Part shown: piece after piece, positions 10,170 to 18,217 of the stretch | How positions within the stretch are numbered: the first letter of the stretch is position 1 | How the letters are laid out: the number at the start of each line of letters is the position of its first letter | Assembly: GCA_965195285.1 (NCBI GenBank) | Contig: CBDAFS010000014.1 | Span: forward strand, 1 to 64,000 | Reading direction: 5' to 3' | From: an uncultured Aminicenantes bacterium | GTDB taxonomy: Bacteria > Acidobacteriota > Aminicenantia > UBA2199 | DNA: 64,000 bases | The notes under the pieces: model-generated | Told to the model about the DNA's origin: nothing | Seen by the model: only the letters and a program-made list of their open reading frames with translations | Databases searched by the model: none | Program-made: the position numbers and the translations under genes

Positions 10170-11293
10170 TTTTTAAACCGCTTAATGGCCTCCAGGACTT
10201 CGGTGGGGGTGAAGGGAACCCCATTGGCCCGCAGCAGGGCCTGGCGTTCCACATCATCGGTGGCAGTTCGCTCGATCTCATAAATAGTCTGGCCCATGTT
10301 CATCTCTACTACCAGGATCTTTTTGATTTTCTTGAATTTTTCCCGGAGCATTAGCTTGGGAAAGGGCCAAATGGTCAGGGCCTGGAACAAACCCACTTTG
10401 ATTCCCTGCTCCCGGGCCATTTCTACTGCAGCCAGAGAGGACCGGGCCGAAATTCCGAAACTGAAGACCATGATCTCTGCATCATCCAGGTAATATTCCT
10501 CGTGAGTAATGATTTCATCCAGGTAATTGTATATTTTTTGCATCCTAAGAGTCTGCATTTTATCCACAATTTTTGGGTCGGTCGTAGGCCAGCCGTGCTT
10601 GTCGTGTTCCAGACTGTCGATATGAATGGGGTATTTTTTAAAAAAATCAACCCGGGGGGGATTCTGACCGATTTCCCGGTCATAGATGTTCAAATCTTCG
10701 ATTTGTTTGGTTTTTTCCCAGTAAATGGGTATATCCCTTTTACTGGGCAGGGCGATATCTTCCCGGGCCTTGGCAATCACTTCGTCCAGCAGGATGATGA
10801 CTGGATTCCAGAATTTTTCGGCCAGGTTGAAGGCCCGGATGGTTTCCGAAAAGAGTTGACTGGCAAAAGCGGGGTAAACGACAATAATGGGATGGTCACC
10901 ATGGGTTCCCCAGCGGGTCTGCATGATATCGGACTGGGAAGGTTTGGTGGGCATGCCCGTGGATGGTCCGCCCCGCATGATATTGACAATAACAACCGGA
11001 ATCTCGGCCATCACGGCCAGACCCAGGTGTTCCTGCATGAGCGAGAACCCCGGTCCGCTGGTGGCGGTCATGGCTTTCTTGCCGGCCAGTGAGGCTCCGA
11101 TGCAGGCCCCCAGCGAGGAAATTTCATCCTCCATTTGAATGAAATCATAACCCAGCCGGGGCATTTCCATAGACATGAACTGGGCGATCTCGCTGGAGGG
11201 GGTAATGGGGTAGCCGGCAAAAAAATCACAGCCGGCAGCTATGGCTGCCTTGGCCACGATGGTGTTTCCCTGCAAAACCTGCCGCTGTTTCAT
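10166..11293 (-). CDS. korA: 2-oxoacid:ferredoxin oxidoreductase alpha subunit
   Basis: YPITPSSE, QMEDE, ATSGPG, RGGPSTGMPT and EMNMGQ motifs. Confidence 0.88.
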   Translation of the reverse strand: MKQRQVLQGNTIVAKAAIAAGCDFFAGYPITPSSEIAQFMSMEMPRLGYDFIQMEDEISSLGACIGASLAGKKAMTATSGPGFSLMQEHLGLAVMAEIPVVIVNIMRGGPSTGMPTKPSQSDIMQTRWGTHGDHPIIVVYPAFASQLFSETIRAFNLAEKFWNPVIILLDEVIAKAREDIALPSKRDIPIYWEKTKQIEDLNIYDREIGQNPPRVDFFKKYPIHIDSLEHDKHGWPTTDPKIVDKMQTLRMQKIYNYLDEIITHEEYYLDDAEIMVFSFGISARSSLAAVEMAREQGIKVGLFQALTIWPFPKLMLREKFKKIKKILVVEMNMGQTIYEIERTATDDVERQALLRANGVPFTPTEVLEAIKRFKK

Positions 11294-11584
11294 TTAACCG
11301 GTTTTCTCCTCGTAATTCACGAATATGGCAAAATCCGGACAGCGCATTTCACACATTTTACAGCCGATGCAGTATTCCGGCGCATCGATCCTGGCCGAGG
11401 TCCCGTATTTGCTTTCATGGTTGTCCTCCAGCTGCAGAGTGCCGGTGGGACAAATATCCACACACAGACCGCAGCCCTTGCAATAGAACCGCATCAGGCT
11501 GATCTGGTTTTTTTTATCCGATGGATTTTTGGTCTTTCGGCGGGAGAGTGCCTCTTCATTTATTTCAATTTCGAACTTTTCCAT
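11294..11584 (-). CDS. korD: 2[4Fe-4S] ferredoxin-type delta subunit
   Basis: CKGCGLCVDICP and CIGCKMCEMRCPDFAI. Confidence 0.85.
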   Translation of the reverse strand: MEKFEIEINEEALSRRKTKNPSDKKNQISLMRFYCKGCGLCVDICPTGTLQLEDNHESKYGTSARIDAPEYCIGCKMCEMRCPDFAIFVNYEEKTG

Positions 11585-11723
11585 AAATCACCTTGATCTG
11601 ATTTGAGATTTTATCACAAAAGCCAGTATAAAAAAACGTGTTTCGACCATTTTTTTTATTTTTGAATGAAGGGTAAGGGCTCAAACTCTATGACATGGAA
11701 TACCGGCTTTTCTGAACATTGTT

Positions 11724-12131
11724 TTATAAAAATCTGAAAAATATGGGCAATGAATATGAAATGAACAGGATGAAAAAGATGATGATTAATATTGCATGCA
11801 TGGTTCGAAACCGGCCTTTTTTTTCCGGTTTGAAATAGGCAATCTGCCAGATGGTTCGCCACAGCCAGAACAGAGCGTAACTGAGATTGATGCCCAGGGC
11901 CAGGCCGTTGCTGGCGGCCAGTTCGCGGGTATAGACCAATGATACAAAGGCATATCCTGAGAACAAAAGGAATAACGCCGCATGCATGGTATACAGAATT
12001 TTTTTGTTTGCGGCAGATGCATGTCTGAAATCGATTTTCCATTTGAATATTGTTGGAAATTGAACATGAAATATAACCATTAACAGTGATAGAATACCTC
12101 CGGTGTAAATACTGACTAACTGTATATCCAT
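11724..12131 (-). CDS. Hypothetical membrane protein (about 4 TM helices)
   Basis: Hydrophobic segments; ATG at 12131 preceded by GGAGG. Confidence 0.6.
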   Translation of the reverse strand: MDIQLVSIYTGGILSLLMVIFHVQFPTIFKWKIDFRHASAANKKILYTMHAALFLLFSGYAFVSLVYTRELAASNGLALGINLSYALFWLWRTIWQIAYFKPEKKGRFRTMHAILIIIFFILFISYSLPIFFRFL

Positions 12132-12293
12132 TGTTTGCCTCCTCGGGCCATCGTCCGGGTAAAACGAGTAATCCCGTTTCGAATCCAAACTTCATCATAG
12201 TCAAAGACCGAAAGGATGTCAACAATAGTAATTAGGTTGAAAATTGAAAAGGAGTCTCTCGGGAATTAATTATTCCGGGGAAGATTGGTCAAT

Positions 12294-12322
12294 TTGACTT
12301 TAGAGAGCTATTTTTTTACAAT
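12294..12322 (+). promoter_or_regulatory. Sigma70-type promoter for the amrB/A operon
   Basis: TTGACT-N17-TACAAT. Confidence 0.55.
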
Positions 12323-12338
12323 AAAGACGGTGTTGAAC

Positions 12339-13874
12339 ATGCGGATACGAAAAGGATTCATTTTTCTTCTGCTTCTTTTATTGTTGTTTCCGGTGTTGAG
12401 AGCGGAGAAGGTCAGAAAATACCTGACCACCGGCGGCTGGTATCCGGCCTCAGGAACCGAGTTGAATGCCCTGCTGACCGGTTTGTTTAAGAAGGCCGAT
12501 AGCCGTAATATTTCAGAGAAAATAAGCGGCCTGGTGGTGCCTCATGCCGGTTTCTCTTACTCGGGAATTTGCGCGGCCCGGGCCTACCGGCATCTGGAAA
12601 AACAGCGAAACCGTATACAGCGGATAATCCTATTGGGTTCCAGCCACCATTCCGGATATTACGGGGCCTGTGTATCTGATTTCACCCACCATTCCACACC
12701 CCTGGGCAAAATAGCCCTGGACCGGGTTATCATTGATAAACTTGCCCGAGAATCCGGATTCCGGACCGATAACCGGATCATGCAGCATGAACATTCCCTG
12801 GAGAATCAACTGCCGTTTTTGCAGCGGATTTTTCAGGGCCGGGATATCCGGATCATTCCCATTCTGTTCGGCCGCCTGGATAAGGTAGATTATCCCCGGA
12901 TGGCCAATATTATTGCCCGGTATGTGGATGAAAATACACTGGTGGTAGCCAGTAGCGATCTCAATCATTACGGTCGCAACTTCGGCTTCACACCCTTTAC
13001 CAGCGATATTAAAGAAAACCTGACCCGGTTGGACCGGGGCATGATCGAAAAGATCACCCGGCTGGATATTGAGGGTTATTTTCAATACAGGCAAAAGACC
13101 GGCATTACCATGTGCGGTTTTGTCCCGGTGGGGGTGCTCATTTACCTGTTTCCCCCAGACCGGTATTCCGCCCGGCTGGTGGATTACTCCAAATCCGGTG
13201 ACCGCAACCAGGATTATTCGCTCAGCGTGAGTTATGCGTCGGTCATCGTCCAAGAGAAAAATGCCGGGGGCTCCAGGCCGGTTGAAAAAAAAATGCCGGC
13301 CTCTCTTTTGGAACTGACCGATAGAGAACAACAAACCCTGCTCTCCCTGGCTCGGGAGACGCTGGCACATTACTTAAAGACCGGGAACCCGGAAGGAATT
13401 CATGACAGGCGGTATGCCATTACCCATCGTTTGAGAAAAACCGCCGGGGTATTCGTCACCCTGAAAAAAAACAAACAACTGCGGGGATGTATCGGTACCC
13501 TTATCGGCCGGAAGCCATTGTATCAGGGAGTGATGGACAATGTCATCAATGCCGCAGCCAAGGATCCGCGGTTTTCCCCGGTAAAAAAGGAAGAACTGGA
13601 AGGGATCGAAATTGAAATATCGGTGATGACCCCTTTACAGCAGATAGATGATTATAAGAGAATCCAACTGGGAGTTGATGGGGTCATCCTTAAAAAAGGT
13701 CATTATCAGGCGGTTTTCCTTCCCCAGGTGGCTGCCGAGACCGGTTGGAACCTGGATGAATTTTTAGGAAACCTGTGTCGCAAGGCCGGCCTGGATACCG
13801 CAGCTTACCGGTCAATCGGGATGATAATCTACGTGTTTCAGGCCCAGGTGTTCGGGGAAAGTAGACATCGATGA
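12339..13874 (+). CDS. amrB: AmmeMemoRadiSam protein B (Memo) fused to protein A (AMMECR1), with N-terminal signal peptide
   Basis: PHAGFSYSG, EHSLENQLPFLQ, SSDLNHYG and TMCG (Memo); GVFVTL..LRGCIG, DPRF and FLPQV (AMMECR1). Confidence 0.9.
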   Translation: MRIRKGFIFLLLLLLLFPVLRAEKVRKYLTTGGWYPASGTELNALLTGLFKKADSRNISEKISGLVVPHAGFSYSGICAARAYRHLEKQRNRIQRIILLGSSHHSGYYGACVSDFTHHSTPLGKIALDRVIIDKLARESGFRTDNRIMQHEHSLENQLPFLQRIFQGRDIRIIPILFGRLDKVDYPRMANIIARYVDENTLVVASSDLNHYGRNFGFTPFTSDIKENLTRLDRGMIEKITRLDIEGYFQYRQKTGITMCGFVPVGVLIYLFPPDRYSARLVDYSKSGDRNQDYSLSVSYASVIVQEKNAGGSRPVEKKMPASLLELTDREQQTLLSLARETLAHYLKTGNPEGIHDRRYAITHRLRKTAGVFVTLKKNKQLRGCIGTLIGRKPLYQGVMDNVINAAAKDPRFSPVKKEELEGIEIEISVMTPLQQIDDYKRIQLGVDGVILKKGHYQAVFLPQVAAETGWNLDEFLGNLCRKAGLDTAAYRSIGMIIYVFQAQVFGESRHR

Positions 13875-13875
13875 C

Positions 13876-14859
13876 ATGAAGATCAAGCGACGGGCGTTTA
13901 CCAAAACCCTGATGGCGACCACTGCTGGTGCGGCCACAGGATTGCTTTCAACCGGAAGATTGCCGGGAGATGACCCGGATGAAAGTGTGGTGGTGCTGGC
14001 CCGCTCCAGGGGATTGATCAGGGTGGGGAATGATATCCGGAGGGAAAATGCCGGCCGGGTGTTGAATGAGGCCCTGAAACGGATTACCGGCAAATCCTCA
14101 GCGGCCCGGGCATGGAAACATCTATTTTTCCCCGGGGAACGGGTGGGCATTAAATTGAGTTGCCTGCCCGGCAAGCCCATGTCCTCCAGCCCGGGACTGG
14201 TCATGTCCATTGCCCAAGGTCTGATCTCTGCCGGCATCAAGCCCGACAATATTTTTATATGGGAACGGACCGACCGGGAATTGGAACAGGCCGGTTTTAA
14301 AATCAGCCGGAAGGGAATCAATGTATTCGGAACCGATCATCTGTCCAATGGCGGTTATTCCGACCGGATCGAAATATCCCGGAGTGTGGGCACCTGTTTC
14401 AGCCGGATCTTGGAATCGGTGGATGTCCTGATCAGTGTACCGGTATTGAAGGACCATGATATTGCCGGGGTATCTATCGGGTTGAAGAATTTTTACGGCG
14501 CTATCCACAACCCCAATAAATTTCATGCCCGTAATTGTGATCCCTATGTAGCTGATCTCTGTGCCCATCCCCTGATCAAAAACAAACTTCGCCTGACCGT
14601 GTGTGATGCCTCCCGGGTCCAGGTACACAATGGTCCGGCCTTTTACCCGAAATATGCCCGGGATTACGGGGGTATCCTGGTCAGCACCGACCCGGTGGCC
14701 CTGGATTATACCGGTTGGCAGATCATTGAAAAGGAACGAAAGGCCCTGAAATTAAAAACATTGAAAGCATCTGGCCGGGAGCCCTTATACCTGTTTTCTG
14801 CCATGAAGTTGAAGCTGGGCCAGGCCCGGGAAAGTCATATCCGACTGATTGAAATTTGA
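13876..14859 (+). CDS. DUF362 domain protein with Tat-like leader
   Basis: KRRAFTK leader; VPVLKDH..AGVS..LKNFYG and STDPVALD motifs. Confidence 0.8.
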   Translation: MKIKRRAFTKTLMATTAGAATGLLSTGRLPGDDPDESVVVLARSRGLIRVGNDIRRENAGRVLNEALKRITGKSSAARAWKHLFFPGERVGIKLSCLPGKPMSSSPGLVMSIAQGLISAGIKPDNIFIWERTDRELEQAGFKISRKGINVFGTDHLSNGGYSDRIEISRSVGTCFSRILESVDVLISVPVLKDHDIAGVSIGLKNFYGAIHNPNKFHARNCDPYVADLCAHPLIKNKLRLTVCDASRVQVHNGPAFYPKYARDYGGILVSTDPVALDYTGWQIIEKERKALKLKTLKASGREPLYLFSAMKLKLGQARESHIRLIEI

Positions 14860-14866
14860 GGATTCC

Positions 14867-16009
14867 ATGAAAGATAAACGGCTGTCCAGGAGATGTTTTA
14901 TTAAACAGGGACTGGTGGCCGGAACCCTGGGGCCGGCCCTGATGGGCCGGGTTATGCCTGCACCTTCGGGTTCCGAAAGTAAAGGAGATGACAAGCCGGA
15001 ACGCCATATCCGGGAAGCCCGGTATTACGAGAAGATCGGGGAAAAAAAGATAATCTGCAAACTCTGTCCCCACGAGTGCCGCATTGCCGACCTGGAGCGG
15101 GGAACCTGCGGGGTGAGAGAAAATCGCAACGGTACCTACTACACCATGGTTTACGGCAATCCCTGTTCGGTCCATGTGGATCCTATCGAGAAAAAGCCCA
15201 TGTTTCACTATTATCCGGCTACCCGGGCATTTTCCATTGCCACGGCAGGCTGTAATTTTGTATGCCGTTTTTGCCAGAACTGGGAAATTTCACAGAAACG
15301 GCCCGAGCAGGTGAAGACCATCGACCTCTATCCGGCCGATGTCATCAAAGCCGCCCGCAGGTATGATTGCCATACCGTGGCCCACACCTATACCGAGCCG
15401 GTTGTTTTCTTCGAATACATGCTGGACTGCGCCATCCAGGGTCATAAGCAGCATATTCCCAATGTGATGATCTCCAACGGTTACATCCAGGAAAAGCCCA
15501 TGAGGGAACTTTGCCAATACCTGGGTGCTGTCAAAATCGATCTCAAGGCATTTACGGAAAAATTCTATAGGGAACAATGCAGCGGTACCCTGAAACCGGT
15601 ACTGGACTGTCTGTTGGTACTCAAGGATGAGGGCATCTGGTTTGAAATCGTGGTGCTAATCATTCCCACTATGAATGACAGTCCGCAGGAAATCAGGCAG
15701 ATGACCCGCTGGATCGTCAAAGAATTAGGGGCGGATGTCCCGGTCCATTTTTCCCGTTATTATCCCACCTTCATGCTGAAAAATATTCCGCCCACCCCGC
15801 CCGGCTTACTGGACAGGGCCTGGAAGATTGCCCGGGAAAGCGGGGTGCAATACGCCTATGTTGGCAACCTGCTTTCGGATGCCAGCAATACCTATTGCCA
15901 CAGCTGCGGAAAATTATTGATCGAGCGCCTGGGCTATCACACGGCGATAAAGGGAATGAAAAAAAACAAATGCAAATACTGCGGTGGAATCATTCCCGGG
16001 GTTTTTTAG
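14867..16009 (+). CDS. amrS: AmmeMemoRadiSam radical SAM enzyme with Tat-like leader
   Basis: CKLCPHEC, DPIEKKP, GCNFVCRFCQNWEISQ and YTEP motifs; SRRCFIK leader. Confidence 0.92.
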   Translation: MKDKRLSRRCFIKQGLVAGTLGPALMGRVMPAPSGSESKGDDKPERHIREARYYEKIGEKKIICKLCPHECRIADLERGTCGVRENRNGTYYTMVYGNPCSVHVDPIEKKPMFHYYPATRAFSIATAGCNFVCRFCQNWEISQKRPEQVKTIDLYPADVIKAARRYDCHTVAHTYTEPVVFFEYMLDCAIQGHKQHIPNVMISNGYIQEKPMRELCQYLGAVKIDLKAFTEKFYREQCSGTLKPVLDCLLVLKDEGIWFEIVVLIIPTMNDSPQEIRQMTRWIVKELGADVPVHFSRYYPTFMLKNIPPTPPGLLDRAWKIARESGVQYAYVGNLLSDASNTYCHSCGKLLIERLGYHTAIKGMKKNKCKYCGGIIPGVF

Positions 16010-16022
16010 ATCTCAAGATCGC

Positions 16023-16050
16023 TTGACAATTATGTTAAATGGTTTATACT
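16023..16050 (+). promoter_or_regulatory. Sigma70-type promoter for sat
   Basis: TTGACA-N16-TATACT. Confidence 0.6.
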
Positions 16051-16101
16051 CATACCTTATTTTAAATCATTCTTTTCAAATCTAATAAATGGAGTGTTTC
16101 A

Positions 16102-17295
16102 ATGATTAAACCCCATGGTTCCGATGTGTTAAATCCCCTGTTTGTAATGGAAACAGAGCAGAGAAATGCGTTAGTCAAAGAGGCTGAATCCCTTCCTTCT
16201 GTTATAATCAGTTCGGCTGCTGCCGCCAATGCGGTCATGCTGGGTAGTGGTTATTTCAATCCCCTGAAAGGATATATGAATCTAAAGGATGCCATGGAAG
16301 TGGCGGAAAACATGCACACTTCTGAAGGACTCTTCTGGCCGGTTCCCATCCTGAATTTACTGGATTCAACTACCGGACTCCCGGACTCGGGGCGCATTGC
16401 CCTGCGGGATCCCAATGTGGAGGGCAACCCGGTGTTGGCCATCCAGGAGATCAAAGCCATTGAAACCATGACCGAAGACCAGAAAACCCGGATAACCGAA
16501 AAGGTATTCGGTACCCTGGACCCGGAACACCCGGGTGTGGGCGCCTTTCTCAGCCAGGGTCGGGTGGTAGTGTCCGGTCCCATCCAGGTGTTGAATTTTT
16601 CCTATTTTAAAACCGATTTCAGCGAAACCTTTCGTACGGCCTATCAGATCCGCCAGGAGATCGAAGCAGCCGGCTGGGAGAAGGTTGTGGCCTTCCAGAC
16701 CCGGAATCCCATGCACCGGGCTCATGAAGAACTGTGTAAAATGGCCAGGGAGGCAGTCGGTGCTGACGGTATCCTGATTCACATGCTTCTGGGTAAATTG
16801 AAAACCGGAGATATTCCGGCTGATGTGCGGGATGCCTCCATTCGAAAGATGGTAGAACTCTACTTTCCCCCCAATACGGTGCTGATCACCGGCTACGGTT
16901 TTGACATGCTGTATGCCGGGCCGCGCGAGGCCGTGCTGCATGCTATTTTTCGCCAGAACTGCGGCTGCACCCATTTGATTGTGGGCCGGGACCATGCCGG
17001 GGTGGGCAGTTATTACGGCCCTTTTGATGCTCAGAAAATTTTCAGGGACCAGGTCCCGCCCGGAGCCCTGGAAATTGATATCTTTGAAGCCGATCACACG
17101 GCCTGGTCCAAAAAACTGAACCGGGTGGTCATGATGAATTCGGTGAGCGACCATTCCAAAGAGGACTGGGTGTTTTTATCCGGTACCAAGGTCCGGGAAA
17201 TGCTAAGCAACGGTGAGTCTCTGCCCGAGGAGTTCAGCCGGCCCGAAGTGGCTGAAATTCTGGGACAGTATTACCGGTCCCAGTTCGGAGACTGA
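16102..17295 (+). CDS. sat: Sulfate adenylyltransferase (ATP sulfurylase)
   Basis: FQTRNPMHRAHE, YAGPREAVLHA, GRDHAGVG, SGTKVR and SRPEV motifs. Confidence 0.96.
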   Translation: MIKPHGSDVLNPLFVMETEQRNALVKEAESLPSVIISSAAAANAVMLGSGYFNPLKGYMNLKDAMEVAENMHTSEGLFWPVPILNLLDSTTGLPDSGRIALRDPNVEGNPVLAIQEIKAIETMTEDQKTRITEKVFGTLDPEHPGVGAFLSQGRVVVSGPIQVLNFSYFKTDFSETFRTAYQIRQEIEAAGWEKVVAFQTRNPMHRAHEELCKMAREAVGADGILIHMLLGKLKTGDIPADVRDASIRKMVELYFPPNTVLITGYGFDMLYAGPREAVLHAIFRQNCGCTHLIVGRDHAGVGSYYGPFDAQKIFRDQVPPGALEIDIFEADHTAWSKKLNRVVMMNSVSDHSKEDWVFLSGTKVREMLSNGESLPEEFSRPEVAEILGQYYRSQFGD

Positions 17296-17314
17296 TAAAC
17301 AGGCCAATTTTTAG

Positions 17315-18145
17315 ATGTTCATTTTGGCTTTCACTGTTTTTGCTTTTCTGACTGCGGGGATTTTCGCTCAGGAAATTCCGTATCCTTGGACCGATGGCTA
17401 TGAGGTCAAACAGGCCCTGGTCCGGCGTATTCCCCTTCCCCATGGATATCGTAGAATACCCCTGGAGCCCGGGAGCTTTGAACACTGGCTGCGGCACCTG
17501 CCCCTGAAAAAGGGGAGTCCCCCGGTATTTCTCCATGATGGCACCCCCAAACCGAATCAGGATGCCCATGCGGCAGTGGTGGATATCGATGTGGGCCACC
17601 GGGACTTGCAACAGTGTGCCGATGCCATCATCCGGCTGAGGGCGGAATACCTGTTTGCCAGTGGAGCCGGGCAGGCCATTGTTTTCAACTTTACCAGCGG
17701 TGACCCGGCCCGGTTCCGGGATTGGGCCCGGGGAATGCGTCCCCGGCTGCGGGGAAACACGGTCAGTTGGGTCCGGTCTTCGAAAAAGGACCGGAGTTAT
17801 CGGAATTTCAGGGATTACCTGAATACCGTATTTGTGTATGCGGGCAGCTATTCGCTGGAAAAGGAGTTGAACCCGGTCCGGGAGCTTTCCGGCATGAAGA
17901 TTGGTGATGTGTTTATCCAGGGCGGATTTCCCGGTCATGCGGTGTTGGTGGCGGATATGGCGATCCATGAAATCAGCGGGAGGAAAATATTCCTGCTTGT
18001 CCAGAGCTATATGCCGGCCCAGGACATCCATATACTAAAGAATCCCGGTAATCAAGACATGAGTCCCTGGTATGCCCTCGATTTCGGCTCCCGGCTGCAA
18101 ACCCCGGAATGGACTTTCCGCAATACTGATTTGAGGCGATTTTAG
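17315..18145 (+). CDS. Secreted DUF4846-family protein
   Basis: Signal peptide; DLQQCADAIIRLRAEYL, GGFPGHAV and QSYMPAQDIH. Confidence 0.8.
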   Translation: MFILAFTVFAFLTAGIFAQEIPYPWTDGYEVKQALVRRIPLPHGYRRIPLEPGSFEHWLRHLPLKKGSPPVFLHDGTPKPNQDAHAAVVDIDVGHRDLQQCADAIIRLRAEYLFASGAGQAIVFNFTSGDPARFRDWARGMRPRLRGNTVSWVRSSKKDRSYRNFRDYLNTVFVYAGSYSLEKELNPVRELSGMKIGDVFIQGGFPGHAVLVADMAIHEISGRKIFLLVQSYMPAQDIHILKNPGNQDMSPWYALDFGSRLQTPEWTFRNTDLRRF

Positions 18146-18182
18146 TCTGTCGGAAAAAGGCCTGGCATCTTCAAATCGAAAT

Positions 18183-18211
18183 TTGACGAATCATCAATTC
18201 TTTTATACAAT
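18183..18211 (+). promoter_or_regulatory. Sigma70-type promoter of the first RiPP cluster gene (possibly leaderless)
   Basis: TTGACG-N17-TACAAT, followed by only 6 nt before the ATG at 18218. Confidence 0.55.
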
Positions 18212-18217
18212 ACCAGG

